DNA from: Candidatus Lumbricidiphila sp.
GTDB taxonomy: Bacteria > Actinomycetota > Actinomycetes > Actinomycetales > Microbacteriaceae
Reading direction: 5' to 3'
Length of the DNA: 64,000 nt
Assembly (NCBI GenBank): GCA_035764905.1
Contig: DASTYN010000002.1
Coordinates: 115,616 to 179,615, forward strand
Positions 48,149 through 58,919 of this stretch are shown piece by piece. A program made the translations under genes and the position numbers. Each line of letters starts with the position of its first letter. The first letter of the stretch is position 1. A model generated the notes under the pieces. It saw only the letters and a program-made list of their open reading frames with translations. It had not been told where the DNA came from and did not search any database.

Positions 48149-48796
48149 ATGCGACGGTCTCTCGCTTTCGTGACGGCACTGCTCGGTGCGCTGGCCCTGG
48201 CCAGTTGCACGACAGCACCGACTCCGCCTCAACCTTCCGCGACCGTCGAACCCATGGCGACCGCGTCGGTTGCCCCAACGGCGCATCCGGCCTCCGCGTC
48301 GAAAATCACAGTGACATGGACGGCGCTCAACGTGACCTACCCGGATCGCGTTGCAACGGTTGTGCTCAGTGACAGTGCTGCGCTGATCTCGCTGTTCACG
48401 GAGATCAGCGGCTCAGCCCCAGCCGTCACCGACGGCACAAACAAGACCCCTGGCTCCAAAACCTACGAGTGGGATGGCGTGCGAGTGTTCGTGTGGGCAG
48501 GGTGGCCCACCCGAGTGTGGTTTACCAAGCCGAGCCTTGGCGGGGCCAACGTCAGCGCGCCCGGAAACGTCAGCGTCGGCGCCACGAAACAGGCGGTCGT
48601 CGCAGCGAACGCTGATGCCAAGTTGGTTTCGAGCGGTGAAGGGACCGATCTGTGGGCGGTCGATGCTCACGAGGTCCCCGGCACGAAATCGATCCAGGAT
48701 CCCAACCAAACCGGTCAGGCCTTCGTTACGTTTGTGGTGAAGAGCGATGTGGTCACAGAAATCTTGGCCCCCGGCGACGATTACACCGAGCTTTAG
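48149..48796 (+). CDS. Hypothetical lipoprotein
   Basis: Lipobox LALASC followed by a Pro/Thr-rich linker; no recognisable domain. Confidence 0.65.
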   Translation: MRRSLAFVTALLGALALASCTTAPTPPQPSATVEPMATASVAPTAHPASASKITVTWTALNVTYPDRVATVVLSDSAALISLFTEISGSAPAVTDGTNKTPGSKTYEWDGVRVFVWAGWPTRVWFTKPSLGGANVSAPGNVSVGATKQAVVAANADAKLVSSGEGTDLWAVDAHEVPGTKSIQDPNQTGQAFVTFVVKSDVVTEILAPGDDYTEL

Positions 48797-48919
48797 TGCG
48801 GACGACCGAGCCACGCAGAGAGCCGTCTCGCGCGGCATCAGGTGCGATGGGCAGACTCAGTGCGTCAACTCTCAGCGCGTCGACGTGACCGTGTCGGTGC
48901 GGGCTGAGACCATGCATGT

Positions 48920-49519
48920 GTGCCGCTTGATTTCACCGCCTTCGATTTCGAAACCGCGAATGGGTCTCGGGCGTCGGCGTGCTCGATCGGCATGGTGAAG
49001 GTGCGCGATGGGCGCCAGGTCGACACGTTCTACACACTGATTCGGCCGCCGTTTCCGCACGATGAGTTCAATGAGTGGAACGTGCGGATTCACGGCATCA
49101 CCTCGGGCGATGTAGCGGATGCCCCGGGCTGGGCCGAGTTCCTCCCCGACTTGTTGGCGTTCATCGACGGTGATGTCCTGGTGGCACACAACGCCGGGTT
49201 CGACGCGGCAGTGCTGCGCGGGAGCGTCGCGGCGTGCGGGCTGGAGTTGCCCGAGTTTCGACACCTCTGCAGCCTGCGCATCGCCAGATCGACCTACCAC
49301 CTCGACTCGTACCGGCTGCCGGTAGCTGCCATGGCGGCGGGTTTTGAAGACTTCTCGCACCACAACGCGCTCGATGACGCTGCCGCGTGCGCGGCAATCA
49401 TCTCGCACGCCGCGAAGCGGCACGGGGCATCCGATATCGATGAACTTGCCGCGCTGTGTGGCACCCAGGTGGCGCTCGTACCGGCCAGCGCGCCAGCAGT
49501 TGCCGAGTCGTTGGCCTAG
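48920..49519 (+). CDS. DEDDh 3'-5' exonuclease (DnaQ/epsilon-like)
   Basis: FDFETAN (ExoI), AHNAGFD (ExoII), HHNALDDA (ExoIII). Confidence 0.92.
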   Translation: MPLDFTAFDFETANGSRASACSIGMVKVRDGRQVDTFYTLIRPPFPHDEFNEWNVRIHGITSGDVADAPGWAEFLPDLLAFIDGDVLVAHNAGFDAAVLRGSVAACGLELPEFRHLCSLRIARSTYHLDSYRLPVAAMAAGFEDFSHHNALDDAAACAAIISHAAKRHGASDIDELAALCGTQVALVPASAPAVAESLA

Positions 49520-49570
49520 CTTGCGGGGCGTCGCCGGGGCGATGTCGGAGGGTGCTGCGACACTCAGCAC

Positions 49571-50992
49571 ATGGATGTTTCAGCCATCGTTCTCGCAGTA
49601 ATTCTCGGTGCCCTCATCGGTGCCGGCGCGGTGTTCGCCCTCGTGCGCACGCCGCTCCGCGCGGCCCGCGCGCACGCAAGCGAACGTGCCCTCGCCGACG
49701 CCGAACACCAGCGCGCGCTGCTTGAACTGCGGGCGAACGGCGAACGAGCGGTCGTCGAGGCACGCATGGCCGAGCAGGCCGTCACCAGCGCCGTTCGGGT
49801 CGAACTGGCCGCCGCGCTCGGCTCGATTGAGGCGCTGAGCGGGCAGGTGCGCGCTGCGCACGAGCGGGTCGCCGAGTACGAGGCCGCACAGGTGCGTGCC
49901 CACGAAGAACGCATCGCGCGAGAACGTACCGATGCTGAGCTCAAGAAAGAGCTCGCGCCCATGAAGCAGCTACTCGACGACCTCGGCAAGCGCAGCGCCG
50001 ATAACGAAAAGCAGCAGAGCGAGCACCTTGGCCGCATCAGCGAGCAGTTGAAGCAGGCGCAGCAGTCCGATGAGCAACTGCGGGTCACCACCGAATCATT
50101 GGCCAGCGCGCTGCGGTCAAACAGCACCCGTGGCGTCTGGGGCGAGACCCAGCTGCGCCGGGTGGTCGAGGCGGCTGGCCTCCTGCAGCACGTGGACTTC
50201 TTCCAGCAAGCCACCATTTCGACGGATGCCGGCACCGGCCGCCCCGACATGGTCGTGAATATGCCCGGCGGCAAGTACATTCCGCTTGACTCGAAGGTGC
50301 CACTTGAGCACTTCCTCGAGGCCTCGGCGATTCCTGAGACCGCCACCGGCGAAGAGGGTGCACGACGCAAGACCCTCATCGAGAAGCACGTCAAGGCGAT
50401 GCGCAGCCACATCGACGCGCTTGCCCGCAAGTCGTACTGGGCTGGGTTTGATTCGCCCGAGTTCGTGATCGCGTTCATCCCGAACGAGTCGCTGCTCTCG
50501 GCGGCACTCGAAGCCGACCCGTCGCTGCTCAACTACGCGCTCGACAAGCGAGTCGCACTGACCTCTCCCGTCAACCTGTTCGCGGTGCTGAAGACCGTCG
50601 ACTACAGCTGGCAGCAGCAGCAGGTGTCCGATGAGGCGAAGAAGTTGTTCGCGCTCGGCAACCTGCTCTACGAGCGGGTTGGCACGCTCGCGAAGCATGC
50701 GGTCGATATGCGCAATGCGATCGAACGCACCGTCAAGACGTACAACAGTTTCGCCGGGTCGCTCGAGTCTCGAGTGCTGACGACCGCCCGCCAGTTCCCG
50801 GGCATCAGCGAGCAGAAGCTCGAAGCACTCGCCGTGCCAGCCATGATCGATGAGTCGCCTCGTGGACTCACCGCGCCCGAATTCACCGCGCCCGAAGTCG
50901 GTGCGCCAGAACTCGCCGCGGCGGAGTCAGCATTCGACGACAGCCTCTTTCGCGCCGATGTCGACGCCGACATCCGGAACGCCGCGAAGTAG
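49571..50992 (+). CDS. rmuC: DNA recombination protein RmuC
   Basis: N-terminal TM and coiled coil; RGVWGETQLRR, RPDMVV, DSKVPL, FIPNE. Confidence 0.93.
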   Translation: MDVSAIVLAVILGALIGAGAVFALVRTPLRAARAHASERALADAEHQRALLELRANGERAVVEARMAEQAVTSAVRVELAAALGSIEALSGQVRAAHERVAEYEAAQVRAHEERIARERTDAELKKELAPMKQLLDDLGKRSADNEKQQSEHLGRISEQLKQAQQSDEQLRVTTESLASALRSNSTRGVWGETQLRRVVEAAGLLQHVDFFQQATISTDAGTGRPDMVVNMPGGKYIPLDSKVPLEHFLEASAIPETATGEEGARRKTLIEKHVKAMRSHIDALARKSYWAGFDSPEFVIAFIPNESLLSAALEADPSLLNYALDKRVALTSPVNLFAVLKTVDYSWQQQQVSDEAKKLFALGNLLYERVGTLAKHAVDMRNAIERTVKTYNSFAGSLESRVLTTARQFPGISEQKLEALAVPAMIDESPRGLTAPEFTAPEVGAPELAAAESAFDDSLFRADVDADIRNAAK

Positions 50993-51041
50993 CGCCGCAA
51001 CGCCGTGAAGTGACGCCGCGAGGGAGCGGCACGGTCAGCCG

Positions 51042-52022
51042 CTACAGCAGCCAGCGCTCGGCGACGTGCTCGGCCTGGATGCGACGGAACGTGCCCGACT
51101 TCGATCGAATGACGATCGACTCCGTGCGGATCATCCGACCCTCACGCTTCACACCGGCAACCAGCCCACCATCGGTGACGCCCGTCGCCACAAAGAACGT
51201 GTTGTCGCTCGACACCATGTCATCGAGGTCGAGCACCTTGTCGATGTCGAGCCCAGCGGCAATGCCGCGCTCCCGCTCAGCCTCATTGCGGGGGGCGAGC
51301 CGGCCCTGCATGAACCCGCCGATGCCCTTCAGCGCACAGGCGGTGGTGATGCCCTCCGGGCTGCCACCGATACCGACCGCCATGTCGAGGCGGGTGCCCC
51401 AACGTGCGGCGTTGATGCCAGCTGCGACGTCGCCGTCGAGAAACAGTCGGGTGCCAGCACCGGCTGCGCGGATATCGGCGATGAGCTGCTCATGGCGCGG
51501 GCGGTCAAGCACCGCGACACGCATGTCCGAGACATCCTTACCCAGCGCCTTGGCCAATGCCTTGATGTTCTCGCCGATCGGGCGGTCAATGTCAACGACA
51601 CCGAAGCCCTCCGGGCCGGTGACCAGCTTGTCCATGTAAAACACGCTTGACGCGTCAAGCATCGATCCACGATCCGCCACCGCGAGCACCGACAGTGCGT
51701 GGGAACGCCCGGCAGCCGTCAACGAGGTGCCGTCGATTGGGTCGACCGCGATGTCGCACGCTGGCCCGTTGCCGGTGCCGACATGCTCGCCGTTGAACAG
51801 CATCGGCGCGTCATCCTTCTCGCCCTCGCCGATCACGACCACCCCGTCGAAGTCGACGGTCGAGAGGAAGGTGCGCATAGCTTCAACTGCCGCACCATCG
51901 GCTGCGTTCTTGTCGCCGCGGCCGATCCACGGCACGGCGCGAATGGCGGCTGCCTCGGTTGCTCGCACCAACTCCAGTGCCAGGTTGCGATCGGGGTTCG
52001 GGAGTGCGTCATCGAGGCTCAT
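51042..52022 (-). CDS. glpX: Class II fructose-1,6-bisphosphatase
   Basis: PDRNLALELVRATE, VIGEGEKD, DIAVDPIDGT, YMDKL, GSPEG. Confidence 0.96.
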   Translation of the reverse strand: MSLDDALPNPDRNLALELVRATEAAAIRAVPWIGRGDKNAADGAAVEAMRTFLSTVDFDGVVVIGEGEKDDAPMLFNGEHVGTGNGPACDIAVDPIDGTSLTAAGRSHALSVLAVADRGSMLDASSVFYMDKLVTGPEGFGVVDIDRPIGENIKALAKALGKDVSDMRVAVLDRPRHEQLIADIRAAGAGTRLFLDGDVAAGINAARWGTRLDMAVGIGGSPEGITTACALKGIGGFMQGRLAPRNEAERERGIAAGLDIDKVLDLDDMVSSDNTFFVATGVTDGGLVAGVKREGRMIRTESIVIRSKSGTFRRIQAEHVAERWLL

Positions 52023-52183
52023 ACCGACGAGCGTATCCGCCTTGGGTTACGTGCACATTGCCGAGTGGCCGAGCCCACCGCTCACTGACCCCAGCAGCAG
52101 CGTCGGTACGCTGCCGACCGCCACGGGCGCAGCGCACGTCGGTAGACTCAGGAGGTCGGAACCCCGGTCTGAAGGAGACTCGA

Positions 52184-53212
<1,029 letters not shown>

Positions 53213-53236
53213 CGCGAGACATCCGGACCCGACCGC

Positions 53237-53806
53237 ATGAGTGAATCACCTCAGCCAGACGAGCGGCCACGTCCGCAATACGGCGAATACGCCCCGCCCG
53301 GATGGCAGCCGCCAGTGCCGCCGCAACCGGTCGCACCTGCGGCAGCTGAGTTGCCAAGCGGACCGGGCGGGCCGTTGAACGGCTACCCGGCGCCCTGGCC
53401 AGCCGCAGCGGGGCAACCGATCGCGCCCGCCGCTAAGCCCCGCACGGCGGACCGGATCGTGTCGATCGTGCTGCTCGCGTTCGGCGCCGTGACGGTGCTG
53501 CAGTCGGCCGATTTCTTGAACCTTGGCCCGCAAATGCAGGCGGTGTTCGAACGCATGGGGCTGAATGGGTTCACGCCACCATCGGTTGCGGTTCCGGTCG
53601 GATGGGCACTCCTGGCGTTCACCGTCGTGCTCTACGCGCTGGTGCTCTGGTGGTCGGTCGTCCGCCTGCGCGCGCGGCGCCTCACTTGGTGGGTGCCATT
53701 CGTCGGCGGGGTTGTCGCGGGCATCGCCCAGATGATCGGCGTCATGGTGGTCATGTTTTCGTCACCGGGCATCGACGAGCTGCTGCGCCAGTTCTCGCAA
53801 CGCTGA
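53237..53806 (+). CDS. DUF6264-like membrane protein
   Basis: [11 protein letters not shown] Pro-rich N-terminus followed by three TM helices; usual fbaA neighbour in this group. Confidence 0.7.
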   Translation: MSESPQPDERPRPQYGEYAPPGWQPPVPPQPVAPAAAELPSGPGGPLNGYPAPWPAAAGQPIAPAAKPRTADRIVSIVLLAFGAVTVLQSADFLNLGPQMQAVFERMGLNGFTPPSVAVPVGWALLAFTVVLYALVLWWSVVRLRARRLTWWVPFVGGVVAGIAQMIGVMVVMFSSPGIDELLRQFSQR

Positions 53807-53810
53807 CGCG

Positions 53811-54086
53811 CTACGACGCCACCGCCTCGGCCGCCGGCTCTGCCGGGGCCGCGAACTGCGCTTCGTAGAGTCGCGCGTACGCGCCATCCTGTGCCAGCAG
53901 GTCGGCGTGCGATCCCTGCTCGACGATGCGCCCTGCTCCATCACGATGATGAGGTCGGCGTCGCGAATCGTCGACAGCCGGTGTGCGATCACGAATGACG
54001 TGCGGTCTTGGCGCAGCGCCCCCATCGCGTGCTGGAACAGCAGTTCGGTCCGAGTGTCGACCGACGACGTCGCCTCATCGAGAATG
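53811..54086 (-). pseudogene. C-terminal fragment of an ABC exporter ATP-binding domain, with a frameshift at 53931-53933
   Basis: [14 protein letters not shown]...[24 protein letters not shown], then in the shifted frame [26 protein letters not shown] to TAG at 53811; everything before Walker B is missing. Confidence 0.88.
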
Positions 54087-54180
54087 GCGCCGGCGATGAA
54101 CACGGTGAGCGGTATGCATAGTTTTGAGCGGTTTATGAGACTTAGGCCATCCGCCATCACGCGCTCATAAGTATGCTTAC
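54087..54180. repeat. 94-bp AT-richer scar with direct and inverted repeats (res-site-like)
   Basis: TGAGCGGT at 54106-54113 and 54125-54132; TTATGAG (54133-54139) and CTCATAA (54164-54170) inverted. Confidence 0.55.
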
Positions 54181-55248
54181 TTACCGCACGCGCCCCCCAA
54201 GCGCCCGCGCATCATGGTTGCCCTGCAGGTCACGGCGCAATTCTTTCGGCAGTGAGAACATCAGGTCTTCTTCGGCAGTCTTGATCTCCGAGACATCCGA
54301 ATACCCGGCGTCGGCGAGCTCGGCGAGCACCTCTTGCACGAGCTCTTCTGGCACCGAGGCACCGCTCGTGACGCCGACAGTGGCGACGCCATCCAACCAT
54401 TCCTGCCGAATTTCGCGCGAGTAGTCAACCCGATAGGCGGCCTTCGCCCCGTGCTCAAGCGCGACCTCGACGAGCCGCACTGAGTTTGACGAGTTCGCCG
54501 ACCCGACCACGATCACCAGGTCGGCCTCTTGCGCGACCTTCTTGATCGCCACCTGACGGTTCTGGGTGGCGTAGCAAATGTCATCGGATGGCGGGTCCTG
54601 CAGCGTCGGGAACTTCTCGCGCAGCCGGCGAACCGTCTCCATCGTCTCGTCGACCGAGAGCGTCGTCTGCGAAAGCCAGACCACCTTGTTCGGGTCTTTC
54701 ACCTCGATGTTCGCCACGTCGTCTGGGCTGTTCACGATCGTCACGTGGTCGGGCGCCTCGCCAGCGGTCCCCTCCACCTCTTCGTGCCCGGTGTGGCCGA
54801 TCAGCAGAATCTCGTAGTCATCGCGGGCGAACCGCACCGCTTCTTTGTGCACCTTCGTGACGAGTGGGCAGGTCGCGTCGATCGCGTGCAGGCCCCGGTG
54901 TTCGGCGGCGGTCACCACCGCCGGTGAGACACCGTGTGCGCTGAACACGAGGTGCGAGCCCTCCGGAACCTCGTCGACCTCGTCGACAAAGATCGCACCC
55001 TGCGCCTCAAGTTCGGTGACGACATGGATGTTGTGCACGATCTGCTTGCGCACATACACCGGGGCGCCGTAGTGCTCGAGCGCCTTCTCGACGGCGATCA
55101 CCGCACGGTCAACGCCGGCGCAGTAGCCGCGCGGGGCGGCGAGCAGCACGCGCTTCGGCCCGTCGACCGGGATGTCTCGGAGCCGGCCCCGCACCGCGGG
55201 GATGCGGGGCATCCCAAGTCCTACTGGCGCGGAAGCGGTTGTACTCAT
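54181..55248 (-). CDS. ispH: 4-hydroxy-3-methylbut-2-enyl diphosphate reductase
   Basis: [55 protein letters not shown]; likely ATG at 55248. Confidence 0.97.
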   Translation of the reverse strand: MSTTASAPVGLGMPRIPAVRGRLRDIPVDGPKRVLLAAPRGYCAGVDRAVIAVEKALEHYGAPVYVRKQIVHNIHVVTELEAQGAIFVDEVDEVPEGSHLVFSAHGVSPAVVTAAEHRGLHAIDATCPLVTKVHKEAVRFARDDYEILLIGHTGHEEVEGTAGEAPDHVTIVNSPDDVANIEVKDPNKVVWLSQTTLSVDETMETVRRLREKFPTLQDPPSDDICYATQNRQVAIKKVAQEADLVIVVGSANSSNSVRLVEVALEHGAKAAYRVDYSREIRQEWLDGVATVGVTSGASVPEELVQEVLAELADAGYSDVSEIKTAEEDLMFSLPKELRRDLQGNHDARALGGRVR

Positions 55249-55333
55249 GCCCCAATCGTACGCGGGCTGGTCTCTCTCGAGCCGTTGTGGAAAGTCTCCG
55301 TGGCTCCTCGTCGTGCACACCTAGCGTGTCGGC

Positions 55334-55861
55334 ATGAAGTCCCGTACTCGATCAATCGTCCTCGCCATCAACGCTGCGCTCGCGGCGGTCGCATTGTCCG
55401 GTTGCGCGGCCGCGCACCCTTCGGATCACGAAGCGCTACAGGCGGCAACGAATGTCTACCGGCTGCAACTTGCGACCGAGGCTGTGCTCGCCGAGACCGG
55501 AGCATGGATGGACGCACCATTCGCGGAGACGGCGTCGGACGCGTACATTTCCCAACTCCACGCCCAGTTCGACGTCATGGCCGCAAAGGGATTGAGCGTG
55601 ACCGGGCCCGCCAAATGGGTCAAGTCCAAGCTCCTCGAATTTTCTGAACGTGACGCAACCAGCACGGTGGTCATGCTCGTCTGCCTTGACCGAACGGGTC
55701 AGATCACCCATGACACGAAGAATGGGATCAGCATCACGGGCGGAGGAAAGCAGGCCCGTGAGACCCAGAGAGTTACGGTCAGCGGTTCGACGCTGAAGAG
55801 GTTGAAGGTAGCGCAGGTAACCCCCGTACCGCCCGCTGACTCGATTTGCGGTGCCCGTTGA
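55334..55861 (+). CDS. Hypothetical lipoprotein
   Basis: Lipobox LSGC; two further Cys (VCLD, ICG); sits between ispH and xseA. Confidence 0.65.
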   Translation: MKSRTRSIVLAINAALAAVALSGCAAAHPSDHEALQAATNVYRLQLATEAVLAETGAWMDAPFAETASDAYISQLHAQFDVMAAKGLSVTGPAKWVKSKLLEFSERDATSTVVMLVCLDRTGQITHDTKNGISITGGGKQARETQRVTVSGSTLKRLKVAQVTPVPPADSICGAR

Positions 55862-55938
55862 TCACCGAGCAAGGATGCCTCCGGCTGCCACCAGCGGTGC
55901 CCGGTACGCTCAAAGCACAGTTCGGCGGGAGGTGACGG

Positions 55939-57213
55939 GTGAATTCAGGCGAGACATCCGATGTGGTTGCAACCAACGCAGCCAGCGGGAACGGGACCAC
56001 CCCAACCGCCCCGACCGCCGACGCGCCGTGGTCGGTTGCGCGCATGTCGCGGGGCATCAAGTCGTGGCTCGACAAGCTCGGCACGATCTGGGTCGAGGGC
56101 GAGATCACCCAGTGGAACCTCCGCGCTGGCATCGTGTACGGCAAGCTCAAAGACCTCAACGAAGACGTCACCGTCTCGTTCAGCGTGTTCTCGAGTGTGC
56201 TCAGCCGCACCGCCGAGCAGTTCTCCCCCGGTGATCGAGTAGTCATGCTCGCCAAAGTCGATTGGTGGGTGAAGGCGGGGTCGGCGAGCCTGCAGGTCGC
56301 GCAGATCAAGCATGTCGGGCTCGGCGCACTCCTCGAAGGGGTTGAGCGGTTGCGCAAGGCGCTCGCCGCCGAGGGCCTGTTCGATGGGTCACGTAAGCAG
56401 CCACTCCCCTTCCTTCCGGGATGCATCGGACTCGTCACCGGCAAAGACTCTGACGCCGAGAAAGACGTGATCCAAAACGCCACCCGGCGCTGGCCCGATG
56501 TGCGGTTCCGGGTGGTGCACGCGATGGTGCAGGGCGACCGGGCGGTGCCTACCGTCGTCGCCGCGATCGGGGCGCTCGACGCCGACCCCGAGGTCGATGT
56601 GATCATCGTCGCCCGCGGGGGCGGCGACCTGCAGGCGTTGCTCCCGTTCAGCGATGAGCGTGTGGTGCGCGCGGCGGCCGCATGCCGCACCCCGCTCGTG
56701 AGCGCCATCGGCCACGAGGCCGACCGGCCACTCCTGGACGAAGTCGCCGACCTGCGGGCCTCGACCCCGACCGACGCTGCGAAGCGAGTCGTTCCGGATG
56801 TCGCAGCCGAACGTGACCACCTCGATCAGTGGCGGCTCCGGCTGCGCGGCCGTGTGCGGCTGCTGATCGACCACGAAACACATCGTCTGGCGGCGCTGAC
56901 GAGCCGGCCGGCGCTCGCGACTCCGGGGTGGATCATCGACCAGCGGGCAGCTGACCTCGCGCAACTCGTCGGCCGTGGCACTGACACCGTCGACCGCTAT
57001 CTCGAGCAGCAGCAACGCCGAGTTGGCGAGTTGCAGCGGCACGTGCGTGCGTTGTCGCCGCAGTCCACCCTCGACCGTGGGTACGCGATTGTGCAGGGCG
57101 CCGATGAGCACGTGGTTCGGGGTGCCGCCGAAGCATCCGCCGCTGCCGGCGCGGCGCTGCACATCACGCTTGCGGCGGGTTCGATCGGCGCGACCTCGAC
57201 CGGTCCCGTCTGA
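55939..57213 (+). CDS. xseA: Exodeoxyribonuclease VII large subunit
   Basis: WVEGEI, LPFLPGCIGLVT, ARGGG, SAIGHE, ASTPTDAA, TLDRGYAIV. Confidence 0.96.
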   Translation: MNSGETSDVVATNAASGNGTTPTAPTADAPWSVARMSRGIKSWLDKLGTIWVEGEITQWNLRAGIVYGKLKDLNEDVTVSFSVFSSVLSRTAEQFSPGDRVVMLAKVDWWVKAGSASLQVAQIKHVGLGALLEGVERLRKALAAEGLFDGSRKQPLPFLPGCIGLVTGKDSDAEKDVIQNATRRWPDVRFRVVHAMVQGDRAVPTVVAAIGALDADPEVDVIIVARGGGDLQALLPFSDERVVRAAAACRTPLVSAIGHEADRPLLDEVADLRASTPTDAAKRVVPDVAAERDHLDQWRLRLRGRVRLLIDHETHRLAALTSRPALATPGWIIDQRAADLAQLVGRGTDTVDRYLEQQQRRVGELQRHVRALSPQSTLDRGYAIVQGADEHVVRGAAEASAAAGAALHITLAAGSIGATSTGPV

Positions 57214-57286
57214 TCGACCATGATCGGCTGGCCGGCGGCAGCCAGCACCGACCGAGGGCGTCGGTGGCCGCCGGTAGACTTCAGGC

Positions 57287-57532
57287 GTGGCCACTCCTGA
57301 CGCGCTCGCGAACCTGACGTATGAGCAGGCCCGCGACGAGTTGACCCGAGTGGTGGCGCAACTCGAGCAAGGCGCGGCCACCCTCGAAGAGTCGTTGGCG
57401 CTCTGGGAGCGCGGCGAAGCACTCGCCGCCCACTGCGAAGCCGCACTCGTTGGCGCTCGCGCACGACTCGACGCTGCACGCAGCGCGTTGGGCGCTGGCG
57501 GCGGCGGCGAGGCATCCGGTGTTGGCGCATGA
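57287..57532 (+). CDS. xseB: Exodeoxyribonuclease VII small subunit
   Basis: [10 protein letters not shown]...[12 protein letters not shown]. Confidence 0.95.
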   Translation: MATPDALANLTYEQARDELTRVVAQLEQGAATLEESLALWERGEALAAHCEAALVGARARLDAARSALGAGGGGEASGVGA

Positions 57533-58164
57533 GCAAGCACGAACCGCGGATCGTCGCTGAGCTCGGTCGCCCCGAGACGCCCGAAGAGACCGCGGCGCGC
57601 AAAGCGCAGAACTCGCGCAACCACCGCGCCAGGCAGACCACCAAGAACCTCGTGTTTGCGCTCATCGCGAGCCTTGCGGTGCTCGCCGTGATCGTGCTCA
57701 TGGTGCCGCGGAGCGAAACCAACCTGGCGAAACCGGTCGATGTCTCGGCAGTTGCGAAGCAGGCGCAGGGCGCGTTCCTCGATCCGATTGCGGTGCCGCA
57801 ACTCACCCCCGGGTGGAGTTCGAATGCGGCCGGCATCCGCCGCAGCGACGCCGATAAGGTCACCGAGTGGTACGCCGGCTATCTCAGCCCATCTGGCGGG
57901 TACGTCGGCCTGCACCAGACCAGCCAGGCGAATCCGTCGTGGGTCGCCGGCCAGTTGGCGCGCCAGGCCGCAACCGGCAGCACCGAAATCGCCGGTGTGC
58001 GGTGGACGGTCTACGACCACCGCGAGACATCCGAAGACGTCGGCAACGCCCACTACGCCCTCGAAACCGAGCGGAATGGCCGCACCTACCTGCTCGTCGG
58101 CACAGCCTCCAACGCCGAGTTCACCGAACTCGCAGCGGCGCTTGCCCCCTTTGTCAGCCAGTAA
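57529..58164 (+). CDS. DUF4245-like membrane-anchored protein
   Basis: [14 protein letters not shown], one TM, GWSSNAA, WYAGYL; usual xseB neighbour. Confidence 0.75.
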   Translation: MSKHEPRIVAELGRPETPEETAARKAQNSRNHRARQTTKNLVFALIASLAVLAVIVLMVPRSETNLAKPVDVSAVAKQAQGAFLDPIAVPQLTPGWSSNAAGIRRSDADKVTEWYAGYLSPSGGYVGLHQTSQANPSWVAGQLARQAATGSTEIAGVRWTVYDHRETSEDVGNAHYALETERNGRTYLLVGTASNAEFTELAAALAPFVSQ

Positions 58165-58187
58165 CTCCATCCTCACCAGGAGCCCAT

Positions 58188-58844
58188 GTGACCACGCCCT
58201 CCCTGCCGGTTCGCCCAACTCCCGCCGAGGCCTGGCTGCGGCTGCGCAAGGGCAATGAGCGGTTCGTCACGGGCGCACCGCTCCACCCGCGTCAAGATGT
58301 TGAGCGCCGCGAAAGCGTGGCTGAGGAGCAGCGCCCACTGGTCGCGATTTTCGGATGCTCCGACTCGCGCCTTGCCGCAGAAATCATCTTTGACATCGGC
58401 CTCGGCGACGCGTTCGTGGTGCGCAACGCCGGCCAGGTGATCTCCGACTCGGTTGTCGGCTCGCTCGAGTACGCCGTAGGTGTGCTCGAGGTGCCGCTCA
58501 TTCTCGTGCTCGGCCACGACGGCTGCGGTGCGGTGCGTGCGGCGATTGACTCTGCCGGCGACGATGCCGAGCCGCTCCCGCCGAACATCGCGCACCTGAT
58601 CGCGCCGATTCTGCCCGCGGTGCACCGGGTTGCCGGCCCCACCGACCGCGGCACCATTGACGCTTCATCGGTCGACGCCGCATACGTTGGCAGAGAGCAC
58701 CTTCGCGACACCGTTTCAGAACTTGTCGAGCGCTCCGACATGATCAGCGCCGCCATCGCAGCCGGTACGCTGGCCATCGTGGGTGCGAACTACCGACTCG
58801 TTGAGGGTCGCGCCGAAACCGACATCGTCGTGGGCCGAATCTAA
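58188..58844 (+). CDS. Beta-class carbonic anhydrase
   Basis: GTG at 58188; GNERF, GCSDSR, RNAG, GSLEYAV, LGHDGCGAV Zn ligands. Confidence 0.94.
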   Translation: MTTPSLPVRPTPAEAWLRLRKGNERFVTGAPLHPRQDVERRESVAEEQRPLVAIFGCSDSRLAAEIIFDIGLGDAFVVRNAGQVISDSVVGSLEYAVGVLEVPLILVLGHDGCGAVRAAIDSAGDDAEPLPPNIAHLIAPILPAVHRVAGPTDRGTIDASSVDAAYVGREHLRDTVSELVERSDMISAAIAAGTLAIVGANYRLVEGRAETDIVVGRI

Positions 58845-58919
58845 CGACGACAAGCCCGGGCTTGGGCCCGGACTGGTCAGCGCCAGCACGGCGCATCCGG
58901 AAATCGAAGGGGAACAACC

